Below, piece by piece: positions 47,264 to 57,221 of a DNA stretch of 64,000 bases. How positions within the stretch are numbered: the first letter of the stretch is position 1; each line of letters opens with the position of its first letter. The notes beneath the pieces are model-generated. The model searched no databases. It was not told the origin of the DNA and saw only the letters and a list, made by a program, of their open reading frames with translations. The DNA comes from an uncultured Bacteroidales bacterium (GTDB lineage Bacteria; Bacteroidota; Bacteroidia; Bacteroidales; DTU049). The position numbers and the translations under genes are program-made. The stretch lies in assembly GCA_964526285.1 (NCBI GenBank), contig CAZGIW010000006.1, forward strand, positions 6,742 to 70,741, written 5' to 3'.

Positions 47264-49450
47264 TTAATATTTGATTTCCAGTTCCTGAATAATGTTTTGT
47301 GCTTCAGCAAACTTATCTACAATAAACATAATATACCTGATATCAGAAGAAATGGTTCTTGTTTTGTCAGTCACATACCATAAGCTTGAAGCAGTTGCTT
47401 CCCAGTTGATGTCAAATACAATTCCCACTACTTCACCCTTTCCATTGAGCAAAGGAGCTCCTGAATTGCCCCCTGTTACATCATTGTCTGTGAGAATACA
47501 CATACGCAATACACCGTTTTTATCAGCATATTTGGTGTATTCCTTTTTAAGGTATAAGTCTTTGATTTTTTGTGGAATAGTAAACTCCGGATTGTTTTCA
47601 ACTTCTTTTCTGAGATATTCTTCAAAAGTAGTAAAATATGGTAATTCTGCACCATCAGTTGGCGTATAGTTGGTTACCTTTCCATAAGTAAGTCTCATGG
47701 TTCGGTTGGCATCAGGATAGAATTTTTTATCATTCATCATTGATAGAATACCATGCTGAAACAACCTTTCACCTCGTTTCAGCATAAGTTCATATGTTTT
47801 CATGCCTTCAAGCATTTTGTTGTATGCATCATAAAGCTGTTGTGTGGCAATAAAAGCAGGGTCACGTTCCATCACTTTTGCATCAGGAACCCTCAAAAAT
47901 TCATATAATTTTTCTTTACTTGCAAATATAGATTTTTCATAAATCGCATTGGCATATAATGTAAAGTTGGATTTATACTTTGATTCAACTTCTTTGAAAA
48001 CTTCAGCATGAAACTCTGAAGGAACTTCATCATAGTACATGCGAAGTAAAGCAACAAATAGTTTTTTGTCTGTTTCAACATCATAACTATTAAAGTGATA
48101 ATTACTGGCAAAATATTTCAGTTTTGTGCTTTGATCAGCCACCAGAGATTGTCGTTGGTCTGGCGCTAAATTAGGTGCTGTCATATAATAATAGAGGCTG
48201 TCAAATTGCTTGACAAAACCAAAAATTTCTGGCCCTCTGATAATGGCTTCTCTGAAATAATATTTTGCATGGTTATATTTTTTCAGTTGATCAAAAGCAA
48301 TTTTAATAGTAGGTATTGCATCTGCGTATAGTTCTTTTCTTTTGGGGTCAGCCAGATACCATTTTTCAAATATGCCCTCAAGGTTTTCTTTCTTTTCAAA
48401 TACTTTAAGTCTTTTTAGAGTTTCGGTTTGCCCTATAAAATATTTCCAGTAGTTTGACGATCTGTTGTATTTTGATCTGTACATAAGCTCAATGTTTGGG
48501 TCAGTCATCATTTGCTCATTTATGATACGGAGTTTTGTGTCGCGGATTTTTACAATTGTTGGGTTGATTTGATCTGTTTGGTGCTGAACTCCGTGAGATG
48601 TCATAAACCGCTGTGTTGATCCTGGATACCCAAGAACCATAGTAAAATCATCTTTTTCAACTCCTTTCATGGATATTGGAAGAAAATGTTTGGGAACATA
48701 AGGAATGTTTCTGCGCTTGTTATATGTTGCAGGTTCTCCTTCGGGAGACATATAGATTCTTAAAAATGCAAAATCAGCTGTATGGCGTGGCCATAACCAG
48801 TTGTCACTATCTGCTCCGAAATTTCCAATTGCCATAGGAGGTGCTCCTACCAAACGAACATCTCTGTAAGTTTCATATATAAACAGATAAAACTCATTGC
48901 CCTGATAAAACTCTTTTACAACGGCTTCATAATAAGTTCCTTTTGTGGCATCGTTTACAATGTTTTCAATCAACTGATTTATTTTTTCTTCCCTGTCTGT
49001 GTCATTTAATGTTGGGTCAAGTTTGGAAACAATTTTGTCTGTTACATCTTCAATGCGCACAAGAAACGACACCTTCAGGTTGGGATTATACAACTCCTGC
49101 CTTTTATCAACAGCCCAAAAACCATTCTGAACATAATCTGTATTGTATTTAATTGAATTATCTGTAATGTATTCAAGCACACAGTGGTGATTGGTCATCA
49201 TCAATCCTTCCCGTGAAACAACAAAACCAGTACACATGCCATCATTAATAGAAACAATTGCATCCTTCACAGATGACTGATTGATGCTGTATATTTCCTG
49301 GGGAGTCAGTTGTAACCCCATTTTTTGCATATCAGTATAATTCAGCTTTTCAATAAGATTAAGCATCCACATTCCCTCGTCAGCCATAACTTTTGTGGAG
49401 AAAGCAAGGGCTAAAACTAATAATAATTGTATTTTTCTAAACCTCTTCAT
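47264..49450 (-). CDS. S46 family dipeptidyl-peptidase (DPP7/DPP11 type)
   Basis: 728 aa. The mature N-terminus ADEGMWM is a family hallmark. The catalytic triad context is TNHHC ... GGNSGAPLLNGKGEVVG. Confidence 0.88.
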   Translation of the reverse strand: MKRFRKIQLLLVLALAFSTKVMADEGMWMLNLIEKLNYTDMQKMGLQLTPQEIYSINQSSVKDAIVSINDGMCTGFVVSREGLMMTNHHCVLEYITDNSIKYNTDYVQNGFWAVDKRQELYNPNLKVSFLVRIEDVTDKIVSKLDPTLNDTDREEKINQLIENIVNDATKGTYYEAVVKEFYQGNEFYLFIYETYRDVRLVGAPPMAIGNFGADSDNWLWPRHTADFAFLRIYMSPEGEPATYNKRRNIPYVPKHFLPISMKGVEKDDFTMVLGYPGSTQRFMTSHGVQHQTDQINPTIVKIRDTKLRIINEQMMTDPNIELMYRSKYNRSSNYWKYFIGQTETLKRLKVFEKKENLEGIFEKWYLADPKRKELYADAIPTIKIAFDQLKKYNHAKYYFREAIIRGPEIFGFVKQFDSLYYYMTAPNLAPDQRQSLVADQSTKLKYFASNYHFNSYDVETDKKLFVALLRMYYDEVPSEFHAEVFKEVESKYKSNFTLYANAIYEKSIFASKEKLYEFLRVPDAKVMERDPAFIATQQLYDAYNKMLEGMKTYELMLKRGERLFQHGILSMMNDKKFYPDANRTMRLTYGKVTNYTPTDGAELPYFTTFEEYLRKEVENNPEFTIPQKIKDLYLKKEYTKYADKNGVLRMCILTDNDVTGGNSGAPLLNGKGEVVGIVFDINWEATASSLWYVTDKTRTISSDIRYIMFIVDKFAEAQNIIQELEIKY

Positions 49451-49510
49451 GATATTGTGTTTTTTTTGTTATTTGCAAAATTAATATGATTATTCTTTTA
49501 AGTGTATTAT

Positions 49511-51523
49511 TTATTTTTTCAGGATTCTAAATTCTGTTCTTCTGTTTAGTTGCCTTCCTTCATCTGTTTCGTTGGAAGCAATGGGTTCAGTTGCTCCGTA
49601 ACCTTTTGCTACCATACGGTTTTTGGATATGCCATTTTTAACTAGATAATCAACAACACTTTGGGCTCTGTCCTGTGACAACTTCATATTGTATTCATGT
49701 GAACCAATAATGTCAGTGTGGCTAAGTATTTCAATTTCAAGAGTTGGGATATCATTCAAGAGTTTGATGAGTCTGTCAAGTTCTTCTTTTGACTCTGGTC
49801 GTAAATCAGATTTGTCAAAATCATAAAATATGTTATTGAGTGTAATTTTTTCCCCAACTTCCACATCCTCAGCAGTAATTCTTACAGTATCTGCAAGTAG
49901 TTTAACAAGGAACAAATCAATATTGAGAAAAGCTCGTTGCTCGTTTTCATCAATATGAAACTCTTTTGTGGCCTTTCTGTAGCCTTCTGTTTTTCCCTCC
50001 AGGGTATAGTGTCTTCCCATGGGTAACGTGATTTTATATTGACCGGTTTCTTCGTCTGTGGTCATTTTTGCAATTATCTGGCCGCTTTCAGTGTCTGTAA
50101 ATGAAATGTCAGCTTGAAGAAATTTGAATGTGGCATCATCAGCAGTACGTCCTCTCACTGAAATGTATTTTTTCTTTGGTTTAATAATGGTCAGGTAATT
50201 TATATCGAGGTCACCCAGTCCGCGACGTTGCCGGCTTGTTGAAAAAACAGCAAACTTTTCATCGGCTGTGGGATAATAAAACACATCATCTTCGGTTGTA
50301 TTTATGGGATAGCCAATGTTCTCGGGAGTTGCCCAAAAACCGTCTTCTGAAATAGTAGTAACAAAAATGTCAAATCCTCCCATATTCTCATGTCCTTCAG
50401 ATGAAAAATAAAGAGTTACTCCGTCTGATAGAATAAATGGAGCATCTTCATCATATTTTGTGTTGATGGTTGGTCCTAAATTTTCAGGTTCTGTCCACTT
50501 GTCTCCACCAAGATGAATAGATTTATAGATGTCTCTGCCTCCAAATCCACCTGGACGATCACTAACAAAAAACAAAGTTTTTCCGTCGGGAGCCAGTGAT
50601 GCATGTGTTTCCCAGTTTTGAGAATTAATGGGTTCAGGTAGTTTTTCGGGCTTACTCCAGTCTCCGTTTTCAAATTTACTAATGTGAATATTCCCCACAC
50701 CCTTGTCGTCTTTGTAAATAAACAAAGTTTGCTCATCATGGGAAAGACTTATGGATGCTTCATGACCCGAAGTGTTGATCTTTCCTTTAATTGGTTGAGA
50801 TTTTTCCCACTTTCCGTTGACCAACCGGGTAATGTAAATATCTTCAAAAAATAAACCTTTTTCATCTTTTTTACCGCCAGTTGAGTTTTCACGTCTGGAT
50901 GTGAAGATGATGTAATCTTTGTTTTCAGAAATAATAGGTGAATACTCTGGATATGGAGAATTTACACTTGGGCCAAGGTTTTCAATTCGAATACTCACAG
51001 GGTTGTCAACCAGTTTTCGTGCATTATAAGTTTTTTCAATCATAAACTTCACTTCATCAACCGCATCAGGATTAAGATCCATAATGTAGTTGAGGTAAAT
51101 ATTGTAATACTCAATTGCTTTTGCAAACCGGTACTGAACATGACAGGCCTGGGCAAGATAATAATATGCCTCAAGTGGCACTGTGGTCTCAATATAATCT
51201 CCCAGATAGGAAAGGTTTACATGTCTGATTGCTTTTTCAAGATAAGGGATTGCTTCGGTTTTGGATCCGCGAACGTGCATGTAACAATAACCAATCTTGT
51301 AGTTCAAATTTGGATTGTCAGGCCAAATTTGTTCAAGTTCCATGAATAATGCAAGTGCAGCCTCATAGTTTTCGTCAATGAGAAAAATTTCTGCTTTTTC
51401 ATAATTCAACCGAAACTCTTTGTTGTTGACAATATTCTTTACCCCATCATCCTGTGCCTTCACAAAGGAGATTGCCCCTAAGCAAATGGCTGTTAATAAC
51501 AATATTGAGAAATACCTTTTCAT
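49511..51523 (-). CDS. OmpA family protein with N-terminal TPR and TolB-like (PD40) beta-propeller repeats
   Basis: 670 aa with a signal peptide (VKAQ). TPR-like repeats are followed by repeated PD40-like SP..S.D...LxF.S.R.GG.G..DIY motifs. The C-terminal OmpA domain has HTDIIGSHEYNMKLSQDRAQSV and NRRTEF. Confidence 0.8.
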   Translation of the reverse strand: MKRYFSILLLTAICLGAISFVKAQDDGVKNIVNNKEFRLNYEKAEIFLIDENYEAALALFMELEQIWPDNPNLNYKIGYCYMHVRGSKTEAIPYLEKAIRHVNLSYLGDYIETTVPLEAYYYLAQACHVQYRFAKAIEYYNIYLNYIMDLNPDAVDEVKFMIEKTYNARKLVDNPVSIRIENLGPSVNSPYPEYSPIISENKDYIIFTSRRENSTGGKKDEKGLFFEDIYITRLVNGKWEKSQPIKGKINTSGHEASISLSHDEQTLFIYKDDKGVGNIHISKFENGDWSKPEKLPEPINSQNWETHASLAPDGKTLFFVSDRPGGFGGRDIYKSIHLGGDKWTEPENLGPTINTKYDEDAPFILSDGVTLYFSSEGHENMGGFDIFVTTISEDGFWATPENIGYPINTTEDDVFYYPTADEKFAVFSTSRQRRGLGDLDINYLTIIKPKKKYISVRGRTADDATFKFLQADISFTDTESGQIIAKMTTDEETGQYKITLPMGRHYTLEGKTEGYRKATKEFHIDENEQRAFLNIDLFLVKLLADTVRITAEDVEVGEKITLNNIFYDFDKSDLRPESKEELDRLIKLLNDIPTLEIEILSHTDIIGSHEYNMKLSQDRAQSVVDYLVKNGISKNRMVAKGYGATEPIASNETDEGRQLNRRTEFRILKK

Positions 51524-51736
51524 ATAAAATAATTCTTTGGTTTATATAATTCTTTCGTTTAGGGTGACAAAGTTAGATAAAAATATTAAATATGAATAAA
51601 AAATTTCGACAGAGACAAAAAGATGTTTCAAAACAACTTACATAATAAACTTTGCAATTTAACCATGCTACAGTCAATATTGCAAGGGAAACAATTTTTA
51701 AAAAGTCAGATAAGCCAATGCCAGTCATAAATTGGC

Positions 51737-52222
51737 TTACTCATAGAAAGCTTCTTTGCCTGGATAAAAATATTTTTCTTTGGCAACATCATCCGGAAAA
51801 ATAAAATATTTGCACTCTCCCTGAGCACATAATTCACCACCTGAATCATATAAATATGAATCAATAAGTGCAATGTTTCTTTGCATTTCCCTGAAAACAC
51901 CCCTTATTTTCATAGGCTGTTTCGTCATCTTTGCAGTCTTCTTATATCGAACTTTTAGTTCTGATGTTACTCCAGACTTTCCAAGCTTAACAAAAACAAC
52001 CCAACTTGCAATTTCGTCCAGCAAGGTTGCCTGAATGCCTCCGTGAAGTATGCCTATCCATCCCTGAAACTTTGAGTCTGGCTCCCAGCTGCATGTGACC
52101 GAGTCCTCTTCCTCAATGAAATTCATTTTTAACCCAAATGAATTCTCGCCGGAACAACCAAAACAGTTGTAGCCGTCAATTTTTTGATACGGATTTGAAA
52201 TTTTTTTTCTCATTGGTTTCAT
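51737..52222 (-). CDS. PaaI-family hotdog thioesterase
   Basis: 161 aa. It has the N-terminal CFGCS motif followed by a hotdog-fold core (GILHGGIQATLLDE). Confidence 0.7.
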   Translation of the reverse strand: MKPMRKKISNPYQKIDGYNCFGCSGENSFGLKMNFIEEEDSVTCSWEPDSKFQGWIGILHGGIQATLLDEIASWVVFVKLGKSGVTSELKVRYKKTAKMTKQPMKIRGVFREMQRNIALIDSYLYDSGGELCAQGECKYFIFPDDVAKEKYFYPGKEAFYE

Positions 52223-52391
52223 CTTTTGTTAATTGAACAACTCAAAAACAAACATTTTTCAATTTTAGTCTTGCAAATATATAATAAATAAAACCGCTGT
52301 GCAGTTACAATATATAAATCTGTGGAATTAAAAAAAATCAAGATATTTTAAAATTTGTGTTTAATCAAACTTTTAAGAGTTAAAATTAAGG

Positions 52392-52399
52392 TATCTTTG
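52392..52399 (+). promoter_or_regulatory. -7 box (TATCTTTG)
   Basis: It lies 24 nt upstream of ATG 52423. Confidence 0.5.
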
Positions 52400-52422
52400 T
52401 AGAAAAATACTATCCTTTTGTT

Positions 52423-54744
52423 ATGCGATTAGTTATATTGCTTGGTTGCTTGTGTTTTTTTGCCTATGTTGTTCAGGCAGAAATATCACCGGATATTCAA
52501 CGATTGAATAAACAAGCTCAGGAATTAATGATTTCCAATCCTGAAAAGGCAATGGAAAAACTTCAGCAGGCTCTTGTTTTATCACAGAAAATCAATAATC
52601 ATGAAGGATTGTTAATGACTCTTTCCAACATTGGCAATCTGCTTTTTCAGGAGAAAAAGTATAAGGAAAGTATCATCTATTTGAAAAGAGCTTTGAACAT
52701 TGCTGAAAGTACATACAGCCCATATGATATTGCTTCCGTTTCTCTTGTTCTTGGGAAAGCGTATAACTTTTTGGGAGACAAAGGCAATGCATTGTTTTAC
52801 CTTGACAAAGCTGGAAAATTCTTTGCTAATGTAGGAAATACAGATGGTTTGCATGAGTCCTTTCAAATGACCAGCCTTGTTTATCAGTCTCATAATCAAT
52901 ATTATCAGGCACTTCATTATGGAATTGAAGCATTAAAAATTAGCAGTAATTTTGATAATAAGGAAAAAATAATTCTATCTCTTGGAAATTTGGGACATAT
53001 TTATTCACTATTAAATGAAAAACAAAAAGCCCTTGATCACTTTCTGCAGGCTGTTCAAATTGCTGAGGATGCTGAACCAACACCCTATTTGCCAATTTTA
53101 TATATGAATGTTGGAATACTCTATAGGGATATTAACTGGCAAATGTCTGTTAATAATTTACTGAAAGCCTATGATCTTTTTAATGCGTTTAAAAATAATG
53201 ACGGAATGGTTGCCGCTCTAACAGAAATTGGGATTTCCTACAAGTCAGTAAAAATCTATGATAAAACACTCAATTATTTTTTAAGAGCAAAAACAATTGC
53301 TGAAAAAGATAATAATTACCAAAGAATAGTGTCTCTCAATAAAGAAATCTCAGACATTTATATTATTCAAAAGAAATTTAATAAAGCAGTTATTTATCTT
53401 GACCAGAATTTTAATCTGGCAAAAGAACTGGAAGATGTCAGACTCGAAGCTGAAGCCTTGCTTAATTTAGGGAATCTCTACATCAGCAAAAGAAGTTTTG
53501 TTAAGGCAACAGAGCTGTTGCATGAAAGTTATCTGCTAGCCAAACAGATAAAAGATATCTTGTTATTATCAAAAATTACTGAGAGTTTGTCTACAAGCTA
53601 TTACAATTCAGGAAATATTCATAAGGCATATGGATTTTTAAAAGCAAGCAAAAATTTTTCCGAAGAAATTGTAAAAGAAGAAGAAAAACTCACATTTCAA
53701 ATGTTGTATTCGGTATTTGAAGTAGCAAACTCAGAAAAATCTTTGGAAATACTTAGAAAAACAAACCAAATTGAACGTCTGGAAAAAGATAGAGCAAAAT
53801 TAATTCAAAGAAGACTCATGTCTGGAATAGTTGCCCTGGCAGGGTTGATGGGAATATTGGTTTATGTCTTATTTCTAATCAGGAGAAAAAACAGAATACT
53901 AAAGATTAAAGGATTGGAAATTGAAGCTTCAAACCTTGCTTTGTTAGAAATGAATATTCATCTTGAAAAGCAAAAAATTGAACTCAATAAACTCAATGAA
54001 TCTTTGAATGAAGCAAATACAAAGCTATCAAAATCAGAAGAAAAGTATAAAACCATAAGCATAGAAAAGGATAAACTGTTTTCAGTTATTTCTCATGACC
54101 TAAGAGGGCCATTTTCATCAGTGTTGAGTTTTGTGAAGATGATGAAAAGAGATGTTGGAAAAATGTCAGAAAATGAAATCAGAGAGTTAATTGGGGAGCT
54201 TGAAGATTCCACTGAAAGGATTAATACATTGCTTGAAAATCTTTTAAGCTGGTCAATGCTGAATTCCGGTAAAATCAAATTTCAGCCTCAAACAACTGAG
54301 CTTGGGGAAATGGTTGAACAAAACATAAATCTGTTCAAACATCTTGCAAAGCAAAAGAACATTGAAATAATAAGCTTATGGGACAAGGAGTATCACGTTT
54401 TGTGTGATAAAGACATGATCTCAGCTGTCATTAGAAATTTGCTTTCCAATGCCATAAAGTTTTCAAAGAAAGGAACAAAAATTTATGTAAGGTTATTAAA
54501 TAATAGTGGGAGTATTGAGCTTTCAATAAATGATACAGGACCAGGGCTAACAATGAATCAGCTTCAGGATATTCTTTATGGAGAGAAAAAATTAATAAGA
54601 ACAGGTTCCTCTGGAGAACGAGGGTCCGGGTTGGGATTAAAAATTTGTGAAGAATTTCTGCAGCAACATGAAAGTCAGCTTTTCGTTGAAGAAACTCAAC
54701 CATCAGGTTCCGTTTTTTCGTTTACTCTCATAGAAAATACTTAA
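52423..54744 (+). CDS. TPR-repeat sensor histidine kinase (no adjacent response regulator)
   Basis: 773 aa with a signal peptide, about 10 TPR-like repeats, one TM helix (GIVALAGLMGILVYVLFLI) and a coiled coil. The H-box is FSVISHDLRGP. The HATPase N/G boxes are LLSNAIKFS, NDTGPGL and GSGLGL. Confidence 0.8.
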   Translation: MRLVILLGCLCFFAYVVQAEISPDIQRLNKQAQELMISNPEKAMEKLQQALVLSQKINNHEGLLMTLSNIGNLLFQEKKYKESIIYLKRALNIAESTYSPYDIASVSLVLGKAYNFLGDKGNALFYLDKAGKFFANVGNTDGLHESFQMTSLVYQSHNQYYQALHYGIEALKISSNFDNKEKIILSLGNLGHIYSLLNEKQKALDHFLQAVQIAEDAEPTPYLPILYMNVGILYRDINWQMSVNNLLKAYDLFNAFKNNDGMVAALTEIGISYKSVKIYDKTLNYFLRAKTIAEKDNNYQRIVSLNKEISDIYIIQKKFNKAVIYLDQNFNLAKELEDVRLEAEALLNLGNLYISKRSFVKATELLHESYLLAKQIKDILLLSKITESLSTSYYNSGNIHKAYGFLKASKNFSEEIVKEEEKLTFQMLYSVFEVANSEKSLEILRKTNQIERLEKDRAKLIQRRLMSGIVALAGLMGILVYVLFLIRRKNRILKIKGLEIEASNLALLEMNIHLEKQKIELNKLNESLNEANTKLSKSEEKYKTISIEKDKLFSVISHDLRGPFSSVLSFVKMMKRDVGKMSENEIRELIGELEDSTERINTLLENLLSWSMLNSGKIKFQPQTTELGEMVEQNINLFKHLAKQKNIEIISLWDKEYHVLCDKDMISAVIRNLLSNAIKFSKKGTKIYVRLLNNSGSIELSINDTGPGLTMNQLQDILYGEKKLIRTGSSGERGSGLGLKICEEFLQQHESQLFVEETQPSGSVFSFTLIENT

Positions 54745-54748
54745 GAAA

Positions 54749-55414
54749 ATGAATTCTATTAAATCATTTTTAGGTAAAACAGGGTTGATTATCGTTGTGA
54801 TTTTCACTCTTCATTCCTGTTCAAAAGTAAAAAAGGAATATTATCCAAATGGACAGATAAAGTCTGAAATTCGATACAAACAAAGCAAAAGAAATGGAGA
54901 AGCTGTTTATTATCATATGAATGGATACACCAAAATTATTTGCAATTATGATAATGATTTATTGAACGGTTCATTCAAAAGCTGTTATTATAATGGGAAC
55001 ATGGAAAGGGATGAAAACTATCAGAATGATACATTGCATGGTTCAGCAAAAAAATATTATGAAAACGGAAAACTTCACCTTGACCTCAACTATAAGATGG
55101 GACGTCTTGACGGAAACTACACAGAATATCATGAAAATGGTCAAATTAAGGTTGAAGGGGCTTTTTATAATGAATTATATCAGGGCGAATGGTTCTATTT
55201 TGATAACAATGGCATTCTCATTGGAAAAGGGGTTTATGAAAATGGCAAAGGAATGCATGTGTCTTTTCACTACAATTCAGCCGACACTCTTGTAAAAACG
55301 CCTTATTTGAAAAATGAAAAACATGGAAAAGAAATGTGGTTCAATAGAGACGGGTCGCTCAGGGAGATGAATATATTTGAGAATGGTCGTTTTGTCAGTA
55401 AGGAGAAGTATTAA
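54749..55414 (+). CDS. MORN-variant / YwqK-like repeat lipoprotein
   Basis: 221 aa with a lipobox (TLHSC) and repeated NG..xxY.NG modules. Confidence 0.65.
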   Translation: MNSIKSFLGKTGLIIVVIFTLHSCSKVKKEYYPNGQIKSEIRYKQSKRNGEAVYYHMNGYTKIICNYDNDLLNGSFKSCYYNGNMERDENYQNDTLHGSAKKYYENGKLHLDLNYKMGRLDGNYTEYHENGQIKVEGAFYNELYQGEWFYFDNNGILIGKGVYENGKGMHVSFHYNSADTLVKTPYLKNEKHGKEMWFNRDGSLREMNIFENGRFVSKEKY

Positions 55415-55426
55415 TTAGTTTTATTA

Positions 55427-55972
55427 ATGAAAAGAATCATGAAATATCAAAAAGAAACACAAAGGAATTTCATTGATAATGTTGTTGCACAAATGCTTGC
55501 TGCAGCACGAACAGCTCCCAAGGCGCGTGGACTGGACAGGCTGTGCCTTGCTGTTGCTTCTTTTGATGAAGTTCAGATGCTTGCACAGGAAATGATTAAA
55601 ATTGCCCAAAACAACGGCCCTGCCTTTTTTGAGCGTGATGCTCAAAATATTCTGCAGGCTGATGAAGTAATTTTCATTGGCACTAGCTATGAGTCTCAGG
55701 GGCTTCAGCTTTGTGGTTATTGTGGGTTCGAAAATTGTGAAAAAAAGAATGAGAATCCTGATGTGCCCTGTGTATTCAATACTGGAGATCTTGGAATTGC
55801 AATTGGCTCTGCAGTGAGTATTGCTATGGATAATAGAGTGGATAACAGGATTTTGTACTCTGCCGGCTATGTTGCAGTAAAAATGAAACTTCTCCCTGAG
55901 GAAGTGAAACTGGCATATGCTATCCCCCTGAGTGTTTCTTCCAAAAACCCTTTTTTTGACAGAAAATTTTGA
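55427..55972 (+). CDS. DUF2148 ferredoxin-like domain protein
   Basis: 181 aa. The blocks AARTAPKARGLD, FFERDAQN and CGYCGFENC are as in DUF2148/COG4739 proteins. Confidence 0.65.
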   Translation: MKRIMKYQKETQRNFIDNVVAQMLAAARTAPKARGLDRLCLAVASFDEVQMLAQEMIKIAQNNGPAFFERDAQNILQADEVIFIGTSYESQGLQLCGYCGFENCEKKNENPDVPCVFNTGDLGIAIGSAVSIAMDNRVDNRILYSAGYVAVKMKLLPEEVKLAYAIPLSVSSKNPFFDRKF

Positions 55973-56038
55973 CAGAAATATTTTACGAATGAAAAAATTC
56001 TTGTAGGTTTGCTGTGGGTTTTAAAAAAAGGTGTAATT

Positions 56039-56629
56039 ATGAGCGGAAAATTCAATTTTTATGGTGTTTTTACTGGATTTTTTATGGTGATTGCAGTAAT
56101 CAGTGGTTGCAGGCAACTTGGAGAAATGAAAAATCTCAGCAAATGTCAATTCAGATTAAAAAACATTCAGATACAATCTGTTGATAATGTTGATGTGTCT
56201 AATGTAAAAACAATGAACGATTTGAATGTTACAACAATAGCTAAACTTGGGAGTAGCTTGCTTACAGGAAAATTACCCCTTACATTTCAAACCAATATTG
56301 AATCAAAAAATCCCAACAACCAAAATGCAGCCATCAACAAATTTGATTTGCACATTTTATTCAATAATGTTGATCTGGTTCAAACTGTTGTCAACCAACG
56401 TGTGGAAATCCTTCCCGGACAAACTATCGTAATTCCTGTGGTTTTAACTTCAGATATTGCCCAGATTGTTAAAGGAGAAAATATTCGTACTGTGCTTGGA
56501 TGGATTTTTCCGGGGAACGATACTCCAGCAGTGTTTACAATTAAAATTAAACCAAGCATTCTGGTTGGTCCTGTGACTCTCAGCTATCCCGGATTTATTA
56601 CACTTTCCAAAGACTTTAAAACACAATAA
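56039..56629 (+). CDS. LEA_2 (Hin1/NDR1-like) lipoprotein
   Basis: Start at ATG 56039 (MSGKFNF...VISGC lipobox). The beta-sandwich-like pattern has the FDLHILFNNVDL and FTIKIKP blocks seen in LEA type 2 proteins. Recognition is tentative. Confidence 0.5.
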   Translation: MSGKFNFYGVFTGFFMVIAVISGCRQLGEMKNLSKCQFRLKNIQIQSVDNVDVSNVKTMNDLNVTTIAKLGSSLLTGKLPLTFQTNIESKNPNNQNAAINKFDLHILFNNVDLVQTVVNQRVEILPGQTIVIPVVLTSDIAQIVKGENIRTVLGWIFPGNDTPAVFTIKIKPSILVGPVTLSYPGFITLSKDFKTQ

Positions 56630-56631
56630 TA

Positions 56632-57192
56632 ATGAGCAACAGAAGAAATAGAGCACTTGAGTTGCTTCACCAGCACATCAAAAATCCTAAGATGATAGCT
56701 CATTGTCTGGCGTCAGAAGCTGTAATGAGAAAACTCGCAATTCATTTCAGACAAGATGAAGATGATTGGGGATTGTGTGGACTAATGCATGATATTGATG
56801 TGGAAATTACAAATGCAGATCCATTGGTTCATGGTACTTTGTCAAGAAGCATCCTGCAACCACTGGAAATGACCGAAAACGCCATCGAAGCAATTGAAAG
56901 ACACAATGAAATGTCTTCAGACATGCCAAGAGATAAAATAATTCATCATGCTTTGGCCGCAGCAGAAACTATAACAGGTCTTGTGTTTGCCACAGCAATG
57001 GTATATCCGGACAAAAAAATTAGTAGTGTTAAGGCAAAATCAGTTGTAAAAAGGATGAAAGAAAAACTGTTTGCAGCATCTGTGAAAAGAGAAAACATTA
57101 TGGAATGTGAATTAATTGGGATTTCAATCAGTGACTTTGCTCTGATGACAATTGATGCCCTTTCTCCAATTCAGGAAGAATTAGGTTTTTAG
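56632..57192 (+). CDS. HD-superfamily phosphohydrolase (COG2316-like)
   Basis: 186 aa. It has H...HD metal-binding residues (IAHCLASEAVM, GLMHDID) and starts 2 nt after the upstream stop. Confidence 0.65.
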   Translation: MSNRRNRALELLHQHIKNPKMIAHCLASEAVMRKLAIHFRQDEDDWGLCGLMHDIDVEITNADPLVHGTLSRSILQPLEMTENAIEAIERHNEMSSDMPRDKIIHHALAAAETITGLVFATAMVYPDKKISSVKAKSVVKRMKEKLFAASVKRENIMECELIGISISDFALMTIDALSPIQEELGF

Positions 57193-57221
57193 TAAATATT
57201 GATATGAAATAATTAATAAAG

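Noticed and set aside
47264-49450. Unusual S1-subsite residue in the S46 peptidase (FDINWEA) suggesting a new DPP7/DPP11-type specificity.
   Set aside because: I cannot register the specificity-determining position reliably without an alignment to characterised DPP7/DPP11 sequences, so the claim would be guesswork.
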